Assembly: GCF_000315625.1 (NCBI RefSeq)
Contig: NW_005434667.1
Location: 30,936 to 94,935 of the forward strand
DNA from: Guillardia theta CCMP2712
Taxonomy: Eukaryota; Protista; Cryptophyta
Direction: 5' to 3'
Length of the DNA: 64,000 bases
The notes below the pieces were generated by a model. The model had not been told where the DNA came from, did no database searches, and was given only the letters and a program-made list of their open reading frames with translations. This document shows, piece by piece, positions 9,145-20,768 of the stretch. The stretch's first letter is position 1. Each line of letters begins with the position of its first letter. Both the position numbers and the translations under genes were made by a program.

Positions 9145-9309
9145 ACCCCTCCCTCCTCCTCCTCCTCCTCCTCCTCCTCTTCCTCCTTCTCCTCTTCCTC
9201 CTCCTTAGAAGCGTTCCCGTTATACGCCTGCTCATTCACTTCTTGATATTCCTTCGTCTGGTCTGACTGTCTTTTTCCTGCTGGCAGGTTCTGCAACAAA
9301 CGCATCGAT

Positions 9310-12300
9310 ATGAAAACGAGAATGTGTCACCGTGTCCTCTGCATGCTGTCATGCGTACTGCTGAATATCTCATGCTTATCAAGTGCTTCTTCTCTGCTAT
9401 CTCCTCCTACCTACTCCTCACGCCTCCAGGAGCTACAAGGTAAGATTGCTCAAGAAAAGGATATCATCCAAGAGCATCAGCACTACAGATCAGCCCAAGG
9501 GCGACAGAGAAGTGAATCTCATCGTTCCAGAGCACTGTTTCCTTCCTCTCGTGGACGACCTGCTCCGAGAAGTCAGCGAAGGACCCACGCGTCGGTGCGG
9601 TCTGCTTCTGAGCCCAACAAGGCCGCGAGTTCCCTCTCCCTTCTCGTCGACAACATCCCGGTACGCGATTCAACCCTCGGAGGGGTTGACAGTCCAAGAC
9701 ATATTTGACTTACCTTGCAGACTGCTACGGACCAGCTGGAGAGACTCGGCGACGATCTCGCAAGCATCACCTACAATGGAAGGCAATACGCTGCCTTAGA
9801 TGGAGCCCAATATCAAATGGCGCAGACCAATACAATGGCAGACTGCCAGACCACGGCGATGAGGCTGCCGCTGGGCTGGGCCATCGCCCCTGAGGACTCA
9901 GACTCCATATCTGTCGTGAGCTACTACAGCTGGGGTACTCAGTACATGGTGCTTGCAAGTGGCACAGCATACCAAACAAACTGTTATTGGTGTCCACACA
10001 GCAGCTCTGCTCTGCGTAGTGCAAATGGATTGTACTGGCCTGCATCCTGCAACATGAGAATCCTGATCGTGTACGCTGGCTGTCCTAAGGGAGAATCCAG
10101 GAGGGGTTGCTCCACCTTGTTCCTTGACGGAGCTGAAACGCAAGAAGCGCTAGCACATTTCTACGGGCCCCAGAGCACATCTCTCCTCAACTTCTCCTTC
10201 CTGGCTCATGAAAAACTCAACTGGACAACCATTCTACCGCCGACATCCGTCGATGATGACAGCTGGAAACTCCCAGATCTCAACTTCTCCTTCTGCCTGC
10301 AAGGACGCGACTACGCATCATCGCTGTACGTCTCATCGAATGGATACGTGACTTTCGGTGGGCCATCCTCGCTCTCTTCGTCACTCTCAGCCTCCAGACC
10401 TCCCCTTCCGACTCTCTTTGTGGGGGGAGGGGATGCATCAGCCCAGTACATCGTAGGAAGCCCGGTCGAGGAGATGGATGTTCAAGCTTATGTGCTGAGA
10501 TTCGAAGGAACCTCGTCCACTAGGGGCGTCCCAGGGCAGCCGAATCTCATCTTCGAGGTCACTTTCTTTGCAAACAACTCTTTGCGGGTAGCTGTTGGCA
10601 AAAAGGTCGAACAGTTCTCATCATTGTACATCATGTCTGATGGGAAAGGATCAACGCTCGCCAGCTTCAACATGCCGGCGACCCAGTCACGACTTCTTGT
10701 TTCAAACGCTCCTTCTCCAGAATCGCTGATCAACATTCCATGTCAAGTCTGCAACAACTCTATCCCTGCAAACTCCTCCTACTCTCCATTTTATGGAGGG
10801 TCCACCGTCGCATGCGCTTGGATCTGTCAGCCAGGATTTTACAAGCAAAGTGACGCCTGCGTGCAGTGTGATGGGAGTCCGAATCACGCTAGCTATGTGA
10901 ACGATCAATGCGGATGGGTCTGCAATGTCGGATTCTACAAATCTGGGAGCAGCTGCTTGCCTTGTACAAGCAGGTCAGGAGACGCCATCTACACAACAGG
11001 AGGGCTCAGAGAAGACGTTGACAGCTGTGCTTGGCAGACGGTCGTGCAGGAAGGAGGTTTCACGTACTCAACGCTAGGTGGGTACGGCCCCAACTCGCAC
11101 TATTCCTGGTTCTCGTGCGTGTCTGACTACCAACAGTATCTGGGGCTGCCTGATGGATGGTCGATTGCACCCGACAACGACATCAGCGTTAGAGTGACAG
11201 CTGGGTATGAGTGGGGGGCAGCCCGCCTCGTCGTTGCCAGTGGCTCCAGCTATTTCACTCGCAGTGTTCTCTCCTATGGCGACTCCTACATGTACTACTT
11301 CAGCTACTACCCTGGATCATACTGGGGGGGCTCATCTCTGTCCACATACGATGATATCCATTACCGCTCGACAGACTGTGAAGCTCGAGTGCTTCTACTT
11401 GCTCCAGTCTGCGCAGCTGGGTACAAGCGGAGCTCGTCCACAGGCTCTGAACTAGCTTCGAACTCTTCGTCATGCGTCCCTTGCACAAACATGCTTCCAT
11501 CAGGAGCCCAGTACGTCTTGTCCCCTTATCCGGAGCAGCCTGACAGCTGTGGATGGAGCTGTGCAGAAGGTTACTACTCAACAGGCTCCACATGCGCGCA
11601 ATGTACAAAGAAACCTGCAAACTCTGTGTATGTTGGTTCAGGCGTCCCTGCAAAGGCAATCAGCTGCCCATGGGCATGCCTGTCAGGATACCTTGAGGTT
11701 GATGGCCAGCGATGCGAGCCATGCAAGGCGTCACTTCCTGTCAACGCTCATTGGGAGGGTCCAACTTGTTCATGGGTTTGTGACTTTGGGTATCGACAGG
11801 ATCCTGCAGGAGATTGTGAGGACATTACAGTCGAAAATCTTGGCCAGCGATACGCAAGCTTGGATGGCAGGAGCCCCTACGACACCAGTGTATGTGTTTG
11901 GCAGGCCGCTCGGGAGTTGCCAGCTGGCTGGAAGATTGCCCCCAACACAGCTGAGAGCATCGACGTTGCTACAACTTATCTGTGGGGAGCAGACAGAGTC
12001 ATTCTTGAGGATGGCACCGCTTGGTATACCGTATATGGAGGCTTATACACCTGGGGTGAGCTGTACAGCTTTGACGGCTTCTACAGATCTCGCGACTATT
12101 GCGGTACCATCCTGCTGGTGCAAGAATCTTGCCTTGCTGGGTATTGGCGAGGTGGCAACAACTCTCAGTGCACGGCATGTAGCAGTTACAAGCCAGCGCA
12201 CACGATCTACAACAGTAGTGGGCATCCTTCAAACGAAGACAACTGTGGATGGCGATGTGAGGATGGGTACTATCTATCCCTCGCAACCAATTCGTGCACT

Positions 12301-15300
12301 CCTTGCTCTCTAGCTCCTGAGAATGCCGTGTACACGCCAAGTGACGGCTACTCTTGTCCATGGGTGTGTCAGGCAGGTTTTTACATAGCAGGTGGCCAAT
12401 GCAAAGCATGCCAGCTGAACTTGCCCGACTTCGCCTTCTTCGTGTCAAACGATGGGGATGAGCAGTTGTGCGAGTGGGCCTGCCGCTTTGGCTACATGAA
12501 AAGAGGCGGAAGATGCGTCGGAGTCGAGTTTCAAGGGAGATACTACACCACACTAAGTGGTCGAGGGAAAGATGACCCATCGACTTGTATCAACGAGCCC
12601 TACTTGTCGATACCTCAAGGTTGGGAGCTGGCATCCAACTCAGCACATAGCCAGCAGGTGACGTGGATGTACACGTGGGGATCATGCAGGCTGGTACTGT
12701 CAGATGGCTCGAGATGGTTCACTGCTTCGTCCTCCTGTGGAGCATACTCTAGCCCAACCGTTTGTTGCTGGGGCTCCCTTTCTTTGTACAACAACATGTA
12801 TAGGAGTATTGATTGCAACGAAGACCTCCTGCTCGTCTCCATCCACTGCGCAGCTGGATACGAGCGCAGCGGCACAAATTGCATCCCTTGCAGCAATACT
12901 CTGCCAGCCCACGCGTCGTACGGGATGGCCTTAGAGTCAGAAGAGGCTCTGTTGCTGACCTGTGGCTTCACGTGCGCTGCTGGCTTTAAGCGATCGGGAG
13001 ACCAATGCCTTCCCTGTGACAACAAGCTTCAGCCCAACACAGAATACGTCGAGCTGACATACCAGATAGGTGAGCAGTACGAATGTCAGTCCGCGTGTAT
13101 GGCAGGCTACTTCCTGCAGGACGGTGCGTGCACAGCGTGTGGGGGAGGCAAGCCGGCGAGGTCACACTGGCTGAATAACGGAAACCTTGAGACTAGGTGT
13201 GCGTGGGCATGTGACTTCGGCTTCTACAGGGCGGGCGACGGAGAGTGTCAGCCGGCTGAGGTAGAGGGGCGGTACTTTGCCTCGCTCGACGGGTCGTCGC
13301 CCTACAGCCCGTCATCGTGCTCGTGCTCGCACAACATCCTGCAAGAGATCCCGACGGGCTGGATGATAGCGCCGGACACGTCGAGCAGCCAGTTTGCGAC
13401 ATGGCTGTACACATGGGAGCCTTGCCACCTTGTAATGTCAGACGGCACCAGCTGGTACAGCGGATCGAACAACGGCAATCCATATCCTCAACTGTGGACC
13501 AGCGGGCAGCTGGTCGCCTACAACGGCATGTACAGGTCGCTGGACCAATGCGGGTCAGTGTTGCTGGTGTCGGAGTACTGCGCGGCAGGCTACTACCTGA
13601 GGAACAACTCGACGTGCGTGAATTGCTCGAACCCGATCCCTATCAACGCCCGCTATGCGGTCCAGCTTGATCCCAGTCGCTACGGTGACAGTGAGTGTGT
13701 GTGGGAGTGCGAGGTGGGGTATGCTCGCCGTGATGGAGGATGCGAAGCGTGCAGGACGGCGCCGGAGCATGCCGTGTACGTAGCGTACGGGCAACGAGGG
13801 ACCAACGGGTCACGGTCGGAGTGCGGGTGGCAATGCGAGGCAGGCTACTTCCTGCAGGACGGTGCGTGCATAGCGTGTGGGGGAGGCAAGCCGGCGAGGT
13901 CACACTGGCTGGAGGAGGGGGCCAACGGGACTAGGTGTGCGTGGGCATGTGACTTTGGGTTCAAAGCTCAGGCTACAAGGAGTCAAGATGGCTCGTTTGC
14001 GATGACATGTGAAGGCTTGATGTATGGGAATCGATTCTATGCTTCCCTGTACCAGCACATGCCGGAGGAACAGTATAATTGCAACACCGCTGCTGGACTG
14101 TTCGTCCAAGTGCCAGCTGGTTGGATGCTGGCGACCGACACTCAGGATAGCAGGCAGGTGATCGCAACGCATCGATGGGGGACCTGTTACATGCAGCTAG
14201 CAGATGGATCCATATGGTACACTGAGAGTTGTTACTGCTGCAACAATCCGCTTCTTTGGGGCATTATTTCCCTTGTGACCTTCAAGGGCAAATATCGTTC
14301 GTGGAGCTCATGCTCCGATCTTCTTCTAACCTCACTCTTCTGTGAACAAGGGTATTACCTTTCAGGCACCGACTGCTTGCTGTGCTCAAATACCATCCCT
14401 GGCAACTCGACGTATGCTCCAGCAACAGAGCCGAGTCAATTTGCAGACGAAAACTGCCCCTGGGCATGCAACGTAGGATTCTACATGAGCACAAAATGGA
14501 TGGCTTGTTTCCCATGTTCAAATTCAATCCCAGCAAACGCTTACTACACTACAGCTGGACTTTCAGATCTGTCAGGCTCGTGTGAGTGGACATGTTTCCC
14601 AGGTACCAACGGACCAGATTGTGTGTACCCGGAAACGATCCGCCACGAGGTCAGCTACAACGGCAAAGTTTACTCGACCCTTGACAACATTGCGCCCGAG
14701 TCGCTGCAGATCTCCTGCCAGAACAATGGTGCACAGCCACAGGTCTCTTCAGCTGGTTGGACCCCACCCACAGGGAGCCAAGTGACAGGCAAGACAGAAA
14801 TCATTACCAACTCAGTGTTCAACGAGACACAAGCTGGGCCCCAGCCCTCCTCAGGAACCTTGTTCAGTTCAGGACAGTACGTGCAGAATCAATACATCCG
14901 GTTGACGCCTCTGCAGACTAGCTCCAAAGGATACATATACTGGGAGGCAGTTGCTGGGAACAGCTGGAAGTGTACGTTTGAATGGCGAGCTGGGCAGGGG
15001 AACGGAGCAGACTCAACTTGGTTCTTTGCTTACCAAGACCAGCTGCCTACCTGGGAGCCTCAGGTGTTTGGTGGGTACAACTTTGTGTGTGATGAGTATG
15101 ATAGTGGAGATGGCACTTACGGGAACAGCGGAAGTAGCTTTCAAGTACACGGGCCCATGAATGGGCAGTCAAATTCAAACCAAATTCAGACCGATGGAAA
15201 CTTTGTAACTTTCACAGCCAACAAAGACTTTGTCATGGAGGACTGGACTTGGAGAAAAGCAGAAATACAATTCAACAGCATCAACTCGACCACCAATCAC

Positions 15301-17431
15301 ATAGTCATGATTGTTAACGGCAAGAAGTACATCGATATCATGCATACCCCTCCCGAGGGCTCCAACGTTGACTTCCTCAAGCCCAAACTCATGGGCTTTG
15401 CTGCCCGTACGGGAGCACTTTACGATAATCATGATGTGCGGAATATGCAGTTCATCAATTATCTCGATGTCCCAGCTGGATGGGCTGTAGCCCCAGCTGA
15501 CGAAGATGCCATCCGAGTAGTAGCCTCCTATCCCTGGGGATCGAACGGACTGCTCTTGGGGGATGAAGTCGCCTACCAGACTGCTATGAGCAGCGGCAAC
15601 CAGGAGACTCCAGGCACGGAGCTTGTTAGAAGCATGATGTTGCCGAGCGGAGTTTCCTCCCTGTGGTCCTGCAGCAGCGGCCAGTACGCCATCAGGATGC
15701 TTCTAGTACGCCTCGAGTGCGAGACCGGCTACCAAGGGCAGGGGAGCGAGCTCTGCATGCCTTGCTCTGGTAACCTGCCAGCCAATGCCGTAGCCACCTC
15801 CAACGCCAGCGGATGCTGGTGGAAGTGCCAAGTGGGATTCTACGAGGCGTCCGACCGCTGCCTTCCCTGCAGCCTCCGATACCCGAAGCCCGACAATGCT
15901 GTACACGTACAGGGCAACTCGTCGGCAGATCAGCCATGCCAGTGGCGATGCGGTGTAGGTCAGTCCCGCTACCAGAGCAGCTGCGTGCCTTGCACCAGCA
16001 AGCCGAAGTTTGCCTACTTTCTAGGACAGAGCGAGCTGGAGTGCTCCTGGAGATGCCAGCCTGGCTACTACAGGTCACTCGATCGCTGCCTTCCTTGCCC
16101 CGCCCTCTCGATGCTGGCGACAAGCGCTCGCGTTCTCCCTGCCTCTGTCTTGTGCAACATCAGCTCCTCCTGTCAGGATGAGGCTGACAGCATGATGTAC
16201 CAGTGCGGAGCAATCTACGCAGTGACGACGGCAAGCGGCGGAGAGTACGCTGTGCTCATCGAAAACTACACGTCTCCCTGGGATCCTTACAGGGGTCCGA
16301 TCTCACAGCTGAATAACAAGCTTCGATGTGGTATGCTCCAGCTCCCCGCCGGCTGGCAGGTCGCTCCTAACGACACCGACAGCATGGAGGCGATCAGATC
16401 GTTCTCCTGGGGGCTGGAGGGACTAGTAGTGGCCAATGGGACTGTCTTTTCAACGGCAAACTGGTGGGCAGGCGCTGGTCAGGTCCTGCAGCTTCAAGGC
16501 CTCACTAAGTCCATTCGAACGGACGTCAACGCCTTCGCGCTCTCTCCCGGGCAGAGCTGCCAGTACAGGCGCATCCTGCTGAAGCGGATCGAGTGCTCTG
16601 CTGGCACGTACATCTCCGGCTCGTCTTGTAGCGCGTGCTCGTCGCCGAGTTGCCGCAGCGGAGAGCATGAGATCCCATGCGAAAGCTTCCAGGACAGCAT
16701 CTGCAGCACTGCCATCAACCCATGCATAGGCAAGTGTCGCTGCCAGCTTTTCGCCGAAGCTGTTGGATCTTTGTCGGACGGATCAGGACCTGGGAGCTTG
16801 TATGACGACGAGAGCAACTGCAGGTGGTTGATTCAGCCACCTGGCGCAACCTCCATTGCTCTCAACTTCACCTCCTTTGCGCTCGAGAACGGGTTTGACT
16901 TCGTAACGATCAACCAGTGCTCGAGCCTCGCAGGGCCTTCCCTGGACTGCCAGGGCAAGGTAGAGTTGACCTCGTTGACCGGAAGTCACGAGCCAGGGAG
17001 TTTGTTCTTCACCTCCGACTTCGGCATCATCGAGATCCTGTTCACGTCCGACAAGACGGTAGCGGAGCTGGGGTTCTCGATGAGCTGGGAAGCGTACGCG
17101 ATAGGCGGTATCTTGGCCGAGTATTGGTTTGTGAACCCCAAGTACGTCCACTGCCAGATGAAGCACACGTGGGACGAGATTATCGCATCGCTAGCTGCAC
17201 AAGAAGGCAACTACACCACAGGTGGACTTGGTGATCTGGCGGTGAAGGGCAAGCTGGAGGTCTGGGTCTGCACAAACCTGGACGAGTGCAGCCCGTCCCA
17301 TGATTTGTTTTGTTACATCTATGATGAACAGAAGAAACTTTTCGCTCCCTGGTATGCCTACGTATACAGATGTTATCAAGGCTGACGCTGGTTGCAGGGA
17401 CTTGGACAGTGTGTTGAAGATGAAGCGGTGA
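9310..17431 (+). CDS. giant secreted Cys-rich mosaic protein (~2,670 aa): signal peptide, 8 copies of an unassigned ~100-aa P-x-G-W domain, NIDO-like region, many GCC2/GCC3 (ephrin-receptor-like) Cys repeats, L-type lectin-like domain, C-terminal CUB domain. Model join(9310..9660,9721..17351,17398..17431)
   Basis: 2556-codon ORF 9715-17385. A phase-0 GT-AG intron 9661-9720 joins the hydrophobic leader MKTRMCHRVLCMLSCVLLNISCLSSA. Motifs: C-x-W-x-C-x-x-G-[FY]; FSFCLQGRDYASSLYVSSNGYVTFG (NIDO-like); IRLTP...GADSTWFF...GFAARTGALYDNHDV (legume-lectin-like); YDDESNCRWLIQPPG...LNFTSFALENGFDFVTI (CUB). Confidence 0.85.
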
Positions 17432-17769
17432 AGATCAGCTGGAGATCGGCAGGGACAGAAGGGAGGCATTCCCTGTAATGATTGACTTGATCTCGAACAG
17501 GATGAAATCATCAAAGTAGATTATCAGCAAGCATGACTGTATTGTGAACTAATAAAAAACTAAATTTGTACGCAAAACTTCACACGCCTTACCAATACAA
17601 CAACCATGACAACGAATGAGCGGCCAAATCTTAAAAGAGTCAAACTTTACCCAGCTGTCTGAATACTCTCATTCTCGAAGCTGATGAAGTTCAACCTAAT
17701 TTTGTAGTTTTGCATTCCGAGGTCTCAAGGCTACTGCATCACGTTCAACAAGCACGTGTTCAACGAGGA

Positions 17770-19601
17770 GAGGTTCCGAAGTCTGCAGGCCCTTCGAGCA
17801 GCTCTAGTCGGTCGTTCTCCTCACTCTTGGGATCATCTCGTTGATTGCAAAGATCACCTAGCACATCCTCTGCTGCTCCCGCAGCAGCATTCGATGGTGT
17901 AATATAGAACATGGATGGGAGAGCAGTTGCTAATTAGGTCAGTGCATTGGGAGAGCAAATGAATTTTGTTGTTATGATCTTTTTCGACATCAATCTATTG
18001 ATGAATGGAAATTGACTTTCAATGAGTTTGATCATTCTATCCCTGTCTTTGTTTGCAGACATGATTTCAAGGATGGTAAGAGCTCGATCAAGTAAATCTT
18101 CCAGGGACAGAAAATATTCAAGGGCTTGACTTTCAAGCTTAGCCATGAAGGACTATGCCAAGAAGTGAGATTTTCAGAAATGATGAAGAGCTGTCTCGAA
18201 CATCAGTGGCGTTTGCGTTGTCCGATGGCGTCAAGCTGTTTGTGATTTCGACTTGCACGTTCGTCGTCTCTACTTTTTCCACTGCCGGCAGGCATGAGGC
18301 TCCTGCTCGCAGGTAGCCAAGTCTTTGCATCATCACCACGATGATTCACAGCCTCAGCCTCGCCCTCCATCGAAAGTCCGCGGATCAAGCTCAGGTTGCT
18401 GGAGCCCTCTGCTGGAGGAAGTTGAAGTGGTCATCGTCGGACCAAGAGTTGTCGAAGGAACAGCAGAATGGTCTGCACCGATGGTCATGTAACCTGAAGG
18501 TTGTTGTAGAAGATAGATGGTACTTCCCCAGCTGCTATCCTGCTGGGAAAGTACGACGTGAAAATTTTTACCGACTTGTTGAATCGAATGCCCGAAGGCT
18601 CGAACAGCACAAGAGGACCTGCTATTGAGCCGTTCTAGGTTTGCGATCTCGTAGACCTGCTCTGGTCATGAACTCCAGGGGATAACCCCTGAGCCGGGAT
18701 GGTGGAAAATATCACGTTCTAGCTTCTCACCTTGATTCGCTAGCATGAGTCCAGCAGCGCCCTTGAGCTTACGCAGATCTCTTGTTATGACTGCTGCAGG
18801 CTTTCCAGGTCTTACCGTCTTATTCAATCTGCTGGTCTACTGCTTCTCCAGGTTGCAAGGGCTCAAGGTTTGACCCTAGCTGCCGATTCCAATGTCTCGG
18901 TACTGTAGTGAACAACAGCTGCGCATGCCCAGCGGGAAAGTTTGGATATCTCCTCAGCTAGTGTCCACCTCGGGTAAGATTCCCACCTCAGCAAATGAAT
19001 TCAATTCAGAGCTTGTGATCGCGAGCCAGCTGGTGGGTGATATCAGTGCAAGTCCCTTGACAGTCACCAAAGTTTGCTTGTATGGCCATGCTGTAAGCGC
19101 AAGGCATGTTTGTGAAGCAAAGGTTGGCTTCCAGCCGGAATACTGTAAATCTCAGCTGGTCGAGCTATTCAGCTGGTCGAGCCATTCAGCTGAAGTGAAA
19201 GATGGGATTGACACAGCTACCTTGCGAGAATCAGTCTTCCAGGCAAACATCCTCGCGCTCGAAGACAGGCCAGCTAGGGTCTATCCATGCGCAAACTTGC
19301 CCGTGATTGTGTCATTAAGAAACAGACTTACTGACATTGCTGAGCTGGTGAATTGACCCCATGTCGAGTCTAGCACGGAAGGTCTGTTTGAGATCGAGCA
19401 GGCATATGCACTGCTAAACGTCAAGGTCTGCTGCTGGACCAATGATCGCCGAGCATGACCGAACGAGTCAAACACATACACAGGCGATGTCAGCTCGAGC
19501 ACGTTGACAGAGCTAGCGTTGATGGCGTTTAGGTCGAGGACAAGGGGCTGCTCCACGATGCCGTACAGTTGTACCGGCTGTAGACACGACATACACGACA
19601 T
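17770..19601 (-). pseudogene. degenerate gene for a probable surface protein containing a ZU5-like motif
   Basis: Protein-like fragments in shifting frames with internal stops (e.g. ...VQLYGIVEQPLVLDLNAINASS..., AGPLVLFEPSGIRFNKSVKIF, TTNVQVEITNSL); ends are approximate. Confidence 0.45.
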
Positions 19602-19735
19602 CAGAGGATCACGTCAATGCGTGTCTGTGCCATCAGCCATAAGATCTGAATAAACGTCATGGAGATCTGAGTAAGATCTGAATAAACGTCATGGATTTCT
19701 TCATGCCGTTTACTGCTACACAAGTGACAGGAATA

Positions 19736-19900
19736 CCTAAACCCTTAACCCTAAAACCAGGAAAGGCAACGCTATGCATACTTAGAGCCTTCAAAGCTGT
19801 TTGAACTATACCAAACTCTTGCTCCCAGCTTCCTTCGCGCCCTGGCGGCTTCCCCTATACCTGGCGCGCAGCCATGATGCCTGGAAGAACCGTAAACCCA
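19736..19900 (-). mobile_element. short remnant (copy 3) of the ORF-A 5' region beside degenerate telomeric repeats
   Basis: 19777-19890 matches 3055-3160 and 6312-6404 (aaagctgtttgaactata...cagcttcct..gccctggcggcttccccta.acctg); cctaaacccttaaccctaaa at 19736-19755. Confidence 0.7.
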
Positions 19901-20768
19901 CTCGGCTGGCTCTAGGTGGTTTCCCCCGGTACGACATTACCTCAAAGTTTACTCATACAAGATGAGTAAATTTGAATAGTACGTGACTTGCACTCCCCGA
20001 TCCGACGTCACGTCCATACGAACAAAAATTGAAACTAGATCTTTTCGTTGACAATGATAATCATAAGGCGTATCTCTGTCTTAAGATAGCGTTTGCTGAC
20101 AACTGAATTACACCCCCACAAGCCTAAGCAGTACCCCTGCTTGTCCCTCATTGACTGGCAAATTGACCCCCATGGGTGGTTTACGACTTCACAGCACGTC
20201 ATCAACGGATTATCCCATCCGTTCCCCTTGGCCTCCTTTGTGTGGACTGCTCCAGCCGTTCTTGCTGCGCGATAGTCGTGTTCTCTTGCCGATCTTGATC
20301 TTCTTCCTGCTTCACTTCAAAACAAGTCATGTGCCCTCAGATGACTCCAAACTTCAGCCATTCTCGTGCCAAGCACGATTCAATGGTGACACTCGAAGAG
20401 TTTCCGTTGCCTTCTCCTCCCGACCGCGTTTCTTCTGCTCCGGATCACATGCTTCAACTGAGCACGTCTCCTCCGTTCTCGTGGTTCAATCAAATTTTCA
20501 GTCGTCATAGTGACCAGCCTCCTCCGCCTGATGCAAAAGATGGAGAAGTGGTGAAAGAATTCACCCGTGTGCCAGGATCACTTTGATGTAATGACAGTGA
20601 CTCGACAGTTTTAGAATAGAAGTAACAGCTTGTCTTTAGGGTAACGAGTGTACATTAATTTAGTAAATGATTGCTTACTCAATCCTCAAGAAAGAAATGT
20701 TCAGGTGGCCTAAAAATAAATTTATTTAGCAGAGCATAGGAAATTATCTAACCATCTGACAGCTTGCT

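Noticed and set aside
8180-9305. Long ORFs spanning 8.2-9.3 kb (likewise 62.6-63.7 kb)
   Set aside because: Artefacts of N runs translated as X
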